From an uncultured Chloroflexia bacterium (GTDB lineage: Bacteria > Chloroflexota > Limnocylindria > Limnocylindrales > CSP1-4), in contig CAVSKS010000009.1 of NCBI GenBank assembly GCA_963728605.1, positions 77,447 through 141,446 of the forward strand: 64,000 nt of DNA. The letters are read 5' to 3'. Shown in pieces: positions 55,727 to 62,800 of the stretch. Position numbers and translations under genes: made by a program. The notes beneath the pieces were generated by a model. The model was not told where the DNA came from and made no database searches. It worked only from the letters and a program-made list of their open reading frames with translations. Position 1 is the first letter of the stretch; every line of letters begins with the position of its first letter.

Positions 55727-56266
55727 GTGGTGGATGGTCTGACTACCTCGTTCGCGATCAGCCTGCGGCCAGTTCGGCGCGCGAAGACCGTGGCGCTGCT
55801 CGTCCGCGATCTATCGTTCGCAGCCGCGAGGATGAGCTTGCAACGACCGGCTGGCGGAGGACGCTCAGAAGCGGCCTTCATCGAAAAGCAGTTCATCGGC
55901 CCAGGACACGTCGCTACCGCGAGGCCGGACCGGATGGCGGTCTTCCTCGTCGTGGAGCGCGACGACGAACCGATGGGCCGACTGTACGTCGTCGACCTGC
56001 CGGAGGAGGTCCGGAGTGATCGACATCGCGATCCTGCCGGCGCACCGTGGCGGCGGGGATCGGGACGGCGCTCGATGGAGGCGATCGTGCGGGAGGCGGA
56101 CGCGTCGAGGTCGTACCGGTCACGACTCTACGTGGAGCCGTGGAACCCGGCCCGGCGACTGTACGAGCGGCTCGGCTTCGTCGCGATGTCCCAGCGCGGC
56201 GTCTACGAGCTGATGGAGCGAGCGCCGACCGAGGCGCGGTCGGATCAGTTGAAGACGGCCTCGTAG
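55727..56266 (+). pseudogene. GNAT-family N-acetyltransferase, frame corrections needed
   Basis: Segments across frames: TTSFAISLRPVRR; REDELATTGW; AAFIEKQFIG; VFLVVERDDEPMGRLYVV; VIDIAILPAHRGGG(IGTAL); MEAIVREADASRSYRSRLYVEPWNPARRLYERLGFVAMSQRGVYELME. The start is uncertain (GTG 55727 or 55730). Confidence 0.65.
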
Positions 56267-56555
56267 CGGACCCGCCGTCGGGATCGATGCCAATCGGGAC
56301 GAGGAAGATGTCGAGCTTGCCGATGCGCCGGGTGGTCGAGGCGTGTAGGTCCGCTGGTCGAGGATCGGGCGGCTCGCCGCTGAAGACGAGGACGAACGGA
56401 TCGGACCGCGGTGCCTCCCGGGGCTGGGCGGCGTAGCTCGTCACCTCGTCGAGCCGGATCTGCTGGACAGTCGCGTCGATCCGCGATGGCCATGGCAACG
56501 TCCGAGCCGCGAGAGGGCTCGAAGGACGCGGCCGTGAGCGCGACGGCCCGGTCAT
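56245..56555 (-). pseudogene. Small conserved protein of the ...FLVPIG...RYEAVFN family (I believe DUF6916), about 4 frame corrections needed
   Basis: ATG 56555 lies 3 nt after the methyltransferase stop. Segments: AVALTAASFEPSRGS; IDATVQQIRLDEVT; DPFVLVFSGEPPDP; LDQRTYTLDHP; RIGKLDIFLVPIGIDPDGG; RYEAVFN* (stop 56245). The family label is from memory. Confidence 0.5.
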
Positions 56556-56558
56556 CGG

Positions 56559-57971
56559 TCAGAGCGCTCGCAAGCCCGCGCGGCGGCCACGTCCAGTCGA
56601 TCGGGTTCGTGGCGGCCGCCAGCGCCCGTCGTCGGCCCGCCTCGTTTGCCCCAGGACGAGGATCCGGTCGGTCTTGGTCGCTCGGCCCGCCTCGTCGCCC
56701 CACAACTTGGTCATCTTGCGATTGGCGGCCACGTCGTCGAGAGCGACCCCCGCGAGGCGGTAGCCCTCGGGCCGGGCTGCCTCTTCCCAGACTTTCTCGG
56801 CGAGGCCGACGCCGCCGTGGATCCGGCGGCCGCGGTCGAACTCCACGTCGCCGATCACGAGGACCACGATCGCGTCGTCGGTCAGGGCCGGCCGGAGGCC
56901 ACCGAGGACCTCGCGGAGGAACGCCAGGTAGGGCTTGCGGTGGTGGGCGTCGTCGAGCTCGGCGTCGATCGCCCGGGCGTCGAAGCCCAGCAGCCAGGTC
57001 CGGAGCCAGTTGTAGTAGCCGTACTTGACGACCCGCAGGTACGGTGGCGAGGCGACGACGAGACGCGCCCGGTCGGGCAGGCCGCGGGCCCGAAGCGCCG
57101 CGCGAACCCTGGGCGCCGCGTCGCGGGCGTCGCCCAGCAGGGCGATCCCAGGCGACGATGGGGGAGCCTGGCGGCTGAGGCGCTTGAGCTTGGCGGCGAG
57201 ACAGTCGAAGACGTCGCGTTCAGGGGCCTCGAACCTCGTTCGGGCGGCGAACTCCCGGACGTACCGCGGTGCCATCGAGAAGGTATTGGGCATCAGAGGC
57301 GAGAGATAGCTGGCGCTCTTGCCGTGGAGGATCCCGGTCAGCGCGGCCGCGAGGAACCGGTCGACCGGCCGATCGAGGCGCAGGACCGACCTGACATACA
57401 GCAGCTGGCCGAGGGTCCGGCGATGGAAAGCCAAGGCGACTTCGGCGGGTACCGGTTCGTCGGCCGCGGCCGGGCCGCCGCCCGAACCAGCCGTCGGGAC
57501 GCGCGTGCCGGGAGCCAACGGGTCGGCGATCACCGCCGCCGCGAGCTCCTCCCAGGCCGCGGCGTCGGCGGGCCAGCCCAGCCGCAGGGCCGTCAACCGG
57601 GTGGCGATCTCGGGTCGAGTCGGCGGCTCGACCTTGGCCGCGGTCAACAGGTGGGCGAACGGGTTGAGGTCGTTGCCCACGCCGATCCGGCCCTCGGCGC
57701 TGGCCTGCAACGGTGTGGTGCCCCGGCCAGAGAACGGGTCGAGGACGACGTCACCCGGCCGCGAGTAGCGGGCGATGAAGGCGTGGGCCAGGGCTGCGGG
57801 AAAGCTCGCGAGGTAGGAGCACATCGGGTGGTAGGAATGGCCCCACAGCCGCTGCTGGTCCTTCCACTCGGGGGCGATCCTGATGGCGGGCAGCTCGGCC
57901 GGCAGCTCCAGGGCGAGCTGGGCGTTCGGTCGGGCGGTCGCGGTGGAGGGCGCGCGGTCGGACGCCGTCAT
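56559..57971 (-). CDS. Orphan DNA (N4-C/N6-A type) methyltransferase, motif I before motif IV
   Basis: The track ORF is over-extended to 58211. ATG 57971 gives MTASDRAPS... AdoMet motif VVLDPFSGRGTTPLQA near the N-terminus, a ~220-aa spacer, then the catalytic motif LVVASPPYLRVV. The 470-aa frame is intact. No endonuclease-like neighbour. Confidence 0.75.
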   Translation of the reverse strand: MTASDRAPSTATARPNAQLALELPAELPAIRIAPEWKDQQRLWGHSYHPMCSYLASFPAALAHAFIARYSRPGDVVLDPFSGRGTTPLQASAEGRIGVGNDLNPFAHLLTAAKVEPPTRPEIATRLTALRLGWPADAAAWEELAAAVIADPLAPGTRVPTAGSGGGPAAADEPVPAEVALAFHRRTLGQLLYVRSVLRLDRPVDRFLAAALTGILHGKSASYLSPLMPNTFSMAPRYVREFAARTRFEAPERDVFDCLAAKLKRLSRQAPPSSPGIALLGDARDAAPRVRAALRARGLPDRARLVVASPPYLRVVKYGYYNWLRTWLLGFDARAIDAELDDAHHRKPYLAFLREVLGGLRPALTDDAIVVLVIGDVEFDRGRRIHGGVGLAEKVWEEAARPEGYRLAGVALDDVAANRKMTKLWGDEAGRATKTDRILVLGQTRRADDGRWRPPRTRSTGRGRRAGLRAL

Positions 57972-58292
57972 ACGGGGGTGCCGTCTCCCGCTACCCGGCT
58001 CGAAGATCGGCTCGGGGCGGGGAGCATAGCACGCTCGATTCGGGCCCTTGGCCCTCTGGTCGGCGCGTCCCGGAGGGCGTACGCTACTCCCCGAGCCCGA
58101 GGCTGTAGCACGGAACCGGCCTTGGGTCGCGGAGGCGGCCAAGTGTCGACTTCGCGGCCCGTGGTCCGGGCCCGCCCCCTCCGACCGGTGCCAATCCGGC
58201 GAAGAGGCCACCCGGGTTCAGTCGAGCCCGCCGCGACGAACCACATTCCGTGCGGCGGGCTCGCATTCCTGCCGGGTAGACTCGTCCGTCGC

Positions 58293-58368
58293 GTCCCCGT
58301 AGCTCAGTGGACAGAGCAGCCGCCTTCTAAGCGGAAGGTCGCAGGTTCGAATCCTGCCGGGGGCGCCA
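58293..58368 (+). tRNA. tRNA-Arg (anticodon TCT), CCA encoded
   Basis: Folded by hand: acceptor GTCCCCG/CGGGGGC (one G-U pair), D-arm GCTC-AGTGGACA-GAGC, anticodon loop CTTCTAA, T-arm GCAGG-TTCGAAT-CCTGC, discriminator G, then CCA. Confidence 0.9.
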
Positions 58369-58523
58369 TGTCTGCTCGCAGGCGTGCCCCGGAACATGCC
58401 ACCGTCTGGCGGTTCCAGCGAATACACTGACCACCCCGCCCCCTGGCTCCCAGCAGGCGCCTGTTCGCGCCTCGCGACGGCCGGTTCGGTTGCCCAGCCC
58501 ATCGCTCCAAGGAAACCTGCCCG

Positions 58524-60134
58524 ATGTCTGCTTCCGCCGACGCGCCCACGGTCCAGCTGAGCCCCCGAGCCAAGCTCGAGATCCTCGGCGCGATCCTGCT
58601 GGCGATGTTCCTGTTCGCCCTCGACCAGACCGTGGTCGGGACGGCGCTGCCGGTGATCCTGACCGAGATCGGGGGAAACGACGCCTACACCTGGTCGGTC
58701 ACGATCTACCTCCTGACCGCCACGATCAGCGGGCCGATCTACGGCAAGCTGTCGGACCTGTTCGGGCGGCGACCGATCATCCTGTGGGCCGTCGGCCTGT
58801 TCCTGGTGAGCTCGCTGCTGGCGGGTTTCAGCCAGGAGGCCTGGCAGTTCATCCTCTTCCGCGGCCTCCAGGGCCTGGGCGGCGGTGCGGTCTTCCCGGT
58901 CGCGCTGGCGGTCGTGGCGGACCTCTACTCACCCCAGGAGCGGGGCAAGTACCTGGGCCTGTTCGGGGCGGTCTTCGGGCTGTCCACCCTCCTCGGCCCG
59001 GGCATCGGCGGCCTCCTCACCGACACCGTCGGCTGGCCGTGGATCTTCTTCATCAACATCCCGATCGGGCTCGTGTCGCTGGTCATCCTTCTGCGCCTCC
59101 TGCCGTCGATCAAGCGACCGGATGCGGCCCGCAACATCGACTACCTCGGGGCGGTGGTCTTCGCCGCCGCGATTGCGCCGATCCTCATCGGTCTGACCAA
59201 CAAGCAGGACTTCGACTGGACCGACCCCCGCGTCGGCGGCCTGATCCTCCTGGGACTGGTCCTCGCCGCGGTCTTCGTGTGGATCGAGTCGAGGGCCGCC
59301 GATCCGATCGTCCCGCTTGGCCTGTTCAGGAACCGAACCTTCACGATCTCGGTCATCGCCATGTTCACGGCGGCATTCGGCTTCTTCGGGGCCGTGATCT
59401 TCCTGCCCCGCTGGCTCCAGACCGTCGCCGGTCTCAGCGCCACGGAGGCCGGCTACAACCTGTTGCCGCTGCTCGGCGGACTGATCGTCACGGCGACCGC
59501 ATCGGGCCAGATCGTGGCCCGGACCCATCGCTACAAGGCGCTCATCTTCGTGGCCCTCGTCCTGCTGGCGGTGAGCCTGTTCCTGCTGACCAACCTCCGA
59601 GCGGACACCGAGCGCCCGATCCTGTGGTTCTGGATGGCGATCGCCGGGATCGGCATCGGACCGTCGTTCGCGGTGTTCACCCTGATCGTCCAGAACTCGG
59701 TCCCGCAGGACGAGATAGGGGTTGCCACGAGCAGCCTGACGTTCTTCCAGCAGATCGGCGGGACGGTTGGCCTGACGTTCGCCGGAACGATCTTCGCCAG
59801 CAAGATGACCGAGACGCTGCCAGGTCAGATGGTCGCTGCCGGGGTACCGCAGGCGCTGGTCGACGGGTTCGTGGCCTCCGGTCAGCAGGGGGTTTCCGAC
59901 CTCACCGGCACCGGCGACCTTGGCCAGCAGATCCTGGAGGGCGCCGGCGCCTTCCGGCCGATGGTCGAACCGTTCATCAACCAGATCGTCGACGGGATCT
60001 ATCGGGCCCTGTCGCTGGCCATCGCCGAGACGTTCTGGGTGGGTATCGTCGGAGCCGTGATCGCGGCGGTGGCGGTGCTGTTCCTCCGCGAGGAGCGGAT
60101 GCGCGACGACGACCACGTGGCCACCTTCGGCTGA
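58524..60134 (+). CDS. MFS transporter, DHA2 (EmrB/QacA-like, 14-TMS) family
   Basis: 536 aa. LDQTVVGTALPVI, GKLSDLFGRRP and LFRGLQGLGGGA motifs, with about 14 hydrophobic segments. Confidence 0.88.
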   Translation: MSASADAPTVQLSPRAKLEILGAILLAMFLFALDQTVVGTALPVILTEIGGNDAYTWSVTIYLLTATISGPIYGKLSDLFGRRPIILWAVGLFLVSSLLAGFSQEAWQFILFRGLQGLGGGAVFPVALAVVADLYSPQERGKYLGLFGAVFGLSTLLGPGIGGLLTDTVGWPWIFFINIPIGLVSLVILLRLLPSIKRPDAARNIDYLGAVVFAAAIAPILIGLTNKQDFDWTDPRVGGLILLGLVLAAVFVWIESRAADPIVPLGLFRNRTFTISVIAMFTAAFGFFGAVIFLPRWLQTVAGLSATEAGYNLLPLLGGLIVTATASGQIVARTHRYKALIFVALVLLAVSLFLLTNLRADTERPILWFWMAIAGIGIGPSFAVFTLIVQNSVPQDEIGVATSSLTFFQQIGGTVGLTFAGTIFASKMTETLPGQMVAAGVPQALVDGFVASGQQGVSDLTGTGDLGQQILEGAGAFRPMVEPFINQIVDGIYRALSLAIAETFWVGIVGAVIAAVAVLFLREERMRDDDHVATFG

Positions 60135-60148
60135 GAGGCGTCCCGGAC

Positions 60149-60884
60149 CTAGTTGTCCGAGATGTTCTCCCGGTAGATGAGCTCGAGCTCACCCGCGGGA
60201 ACGGCCTCCGAGAACTGCAGGATCACGCCGCTGCTGAGGCCCAGCGTGTCGCCGGTGCACGGCTCGCCATCGACCTCGATCGACCGGGCGACCGTGTCGA
60301 CGGTGACGAGGAACTCGTCCATCGACGGGCATCGGCCGATGGCCAGACGGACCCGGGTCTCGTCACCGGCGACGTTCGCCGACGCCGATCGTGTCCTCGA
60401 CCGGCGTCTCGATGTTGCCCGAGTCGGGGTCCTCGACGACGTCGACGTAGGTGCCGGCCAGGTCGTGGATGTCGATCCGGATCGGGGAGCCGTCGGTCTC
60501 GAAGCTGATCTGATCGGTGGCCTTGATCGTCGGCGGGGTGGGGGAAACGATCGGCGACTCCGTCGGCAGGATCGTGGGCCCAATCGATGGCTGCGCTGTC
60601 GTTGGCGGAAAGGTCGGTTGGGCGTTGTTCAGCGCCCCGACCCCGATCGCCACGGTGGCCGCGAGCACGAGGCCAACGGCCATCAGCGCGAAGGCCGGCT
60701 GGAAGGCGAACGACTGGGCCCTGGGCGACATCGCATCGGCCCGGATGAACCAGATCGGGTCGGGCCGCCGCGGGTGGGTCCGGGCATGGGCGAGGGCCAT
60801 CTGGATGGGATGCTCCGGGGCGCGCGTGGGGCCTTCGTCGAGCCACTCGGTGAGGACGCGGTCGAGATCGGTCGAGCCGTTCAT
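60149..60884 (-). pseudogene. Single-pass membrane partner of ECF sigma D; one frame change near 60375
   Basis: ATGA overlap with the sigma stop. MNGSTDLDRVLTEWLDEGPTRAPE...HARTHPRRP; TM FALMAVGLVLAATVAIGVGAL. ORF 60363..60884 stops at ...TIGVGERRR*, while the +1 frame continues ...ANVAGDETRVRLAIGRCPSMDEFLVTVD...ELELIYRENISDN* to 60149. Confidence 0.65.
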
Positions 60885-61447
60885 GCCAGCCGCTCCTTGG
60901 CGTTGATGCCGCGTGAATCCGCCTCGAGGGCGGCGCGCAGGGCGCGGGTCGCGTAGTGGAGTCGTGAGCCGGCGGTGCCGACCGGGATGCCGAGGACATC
61001 GGCGATCTCAGCCAGCGATTGGCCGGCGAAATGCTGAAGGACGAGGATCGCCCGCTGCTCCGGGGTCAGCTGTCGGAAGCCCCGCTCGAGTTGGTCCCGA
61101 TCGGCGACGACACGGTATTCGTCCGGGCCAACGGATCGGTCGGCGTCGCCGGGCAGCAGCTGGACGGCGGGGGCGCGCTTCTCGCGCCGCGCCTCGGCCA
61201 GGCTTGCCCGAACCACGAGCCGATAGCTCCAGGCGTCGAAGCGATCGGGATCGCGGAGGCGCGGGAGCTCATTCCAGACCTGGATCAGCGTCTGCTGCAA
61301 GGCGTCCTCGGCGAGGTACTGGTCACGGAGGATCCGGTAGGCCACGGCGTACAGGCGATCCGAAGCGCCTCGGGCGAGCACGTTGAACGCGCCCTGGTCG
61401 CCCTTTGCGGCTCGCTCCACGATCTCTCGCTGCAACGTCGTCTCCAC
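60881..61447 (-). CDS. ECF-type RNA polymerase sigma factor (paralog D)
   Basis: 188 aa, GTG start. YLAEDALQQTLIQVWNELPRLRDPDRFDAWSYRLVV and a region 4 HTH (LAEIADVLGIPVGTAGSRLHYATRALR). Confidence 0.9.
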   Translation of the reverse strand: METTLQREIVERAAKGDQGAFNVLARGASDRLYAVAYRILRDQYLAEDALQQTLIQVWNELPRLRDPDRFDAWSYRLVVRASLAEARREKRAPAVQLLPGDADRSVGPDEYRVVADRDQLERGFRQLTPEQRAILVLQHFAGQSLAEIADVLGIPVGTAGSRLHYATRALRAALEADSRGINAKERLA

Positions 61448-61588
61448 CGGCGAGCTCCCGACGTGGGTGCTCAGCGAGTATGAGAATCCGGGCCCGGAGT
61501 TTCTTCAATTCTCGTTTGCCGGGCGCTTGGCGGGCGGTTCCGTGGCTCCTCGGTGGCGGCACTGGCCCTCGCCTGGCCTGGAACGCCC

Positions 61589-61810
61589 GGCGTTCCAAGC
61601 GACCGGTGGGCAGGCCCGATCTGCTCGATTCGGGGCCTCCAAGCCGTCCGTTGGATCACCCGGCGTTCCCAGCGACCGCTGGGGCAGGCGAATCGCCCCG
61701 AATTCGGGGCCTTAGCCGTCCGTTGGATCACGCGGCGTTCCAAGCGACCGGTGGGCAGGCCCGACCTGCTCGATTCGGGCCACCAGCCGTCCGTTGGATC
61801 CCCCAGCGTT
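61589..61810. repeat. Intergenic tandem repeat, 3 units of 72-73 bp plus a partial fourth
   Basis: Units start at 61589, 61662 and 61734, with a partial unit from ~61805. Consensus: ggcgttccaagcgaccggtgggcaggcccga(t/c)ctgctcgattcgggg...agccgtccgttggatcac. Unit 2 is diverged in its centre and contains the palindrome ccccgaattcgggg. Lies 140-360 bp upstream of sigma D. Confidence 0.85.
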
Positions 61811-61916
61811 CCGAGGGGACACGGAATGGTGCCCGGCAATTGGCCCAAGGAACGAGCACGAAGAAACCCCGGGCCGGTGGGCCGGACCGGGGTCAAGATC
61901 TTCGGAGTGTCGAGCC

Positions 61917-62147
61917 TCAGGCCTTGTTGGCCGCCTCCAGCTCGTCCTTGGTCATCGACAGCTCGACGCGGCCCGTTTCCATCTCCGAGACCGCGTCGCG
62001 CGGCACGGACAACGTTCCGCCGAGCAGGCCACTCTTCTTGACCTGGATCATCGGACCGTCGGTGCCGATGACCGTCCCGAGCTCCTTGCCGTCGCCGTCG
62101 ACGACTGTCCAGCCGGATTGGATGCTCTGCGTGTCGATGTACGTCAT
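61917..62147 (-). CDS. Small PRC-barrel-like / DUF2171-type protein (76 aa)
   Basis: The track ORF is over-extended to 62543. ATG 62147 with GGAGG upstream gives MTYIDTQSIQSGWTVVDGDGKELGTVIGTDGPMIQVKKSGLLGGTLSVPRDAVSEMETGRVELSMTKDELEAANKA. Confidence 0.7.
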   Translation of the reverse strand: MTYIDTQSIQSGWTVVDGDGKELGTVIGTDGPMIQVKKSGLLGGTLSVPRDAVSEMETGRVELSMTKDELEAANKA

Positions 62148-62578
62148 GGTCGGAACCTCCCAGAGGTGCCAGCCTGACAACATGGCCGTAGGGTGCGCGC
62201 GGCCCGACCCGTTCCTGAGCTTGCAGGAGCCTTTCGGCGGCATGCGCCGGGCATGGGAGGTTCGGCGGTCGGGGGGAACGGCCCGACCGCCGATGGTGCC
62301 TCCGTGGGAAAGGCCCGCCGATGCACCGCCGGGGGAACGATGGAGCGAGCGAACCCTTCCCGGGTCGAAGTACAGCCGAACGTCGGCAGCGCCGGTGATT
62401 CCGCGGAGAACGGGCCGCTTGTCGGCTATGCGACATCGGTGGGACGACGGGTACCGAGTGGTACTGGCGACTAGCCCAAAGTACGGCTTGGCGACCCCGG
62501 CACCGGACTCATACGCTCCGCCCAGCAGCGAGCCGGACTCCACCCCTGCTCACAACAGAGAAGCGGAGCGGCCGAAAG

Positions 62579-62800
62579 GTGCGCACAAGCGAGGCAACCA
62601 CACCCATGGCTTCGATGGCCGTCAACGAACTGGGACCGATGCTCACGGCGACCGAAGTCGCCGAGATGCTCCACCTGCACGTCAACACGGTGAAGCGGCT
62701 CGGGGACCGCGGCGAGTTGCCCTTTTATCGCGTCTGCAAGCGCGGGGACCGACGGTTCCGCCTCGACGACGTGATGAAGTTCCTCTCCCAGAACCGCTGA
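62579..62800 (+). CDS. Excisionase/MerR-type helix-turn-helix DNA-binding protein (short)
   Basis: The core MLTATEVAEMLHLHVNTVKRLGDRGELPFYRV..RGDRRFRLDDVMKFL matches the Xis-family HTH_17 pattern. The likely real start is ATG 62639 (53 aa); the track ORF starts at 62579. Confidence 0.7.
   Translation: MRTSEATTPMASMAVNELGPMLTATEVAEMLHLHVNTVKRLGDRGELPFYRVCKRGDRRFRLDDVMKFLSQNR

Noticed and set aside
56559-62800. Genomic island integrated at tRNA-Arg (tRNA + methyltransferase + Xis-like HTH)
   Set aside because: I found no integrase and no direct repeat of the tRNA-Arg 3' end by eye. The genes between (MFS, ECF pair) look like ordinary chromosomal genes. I keep this only as a question for a computational repeat search.
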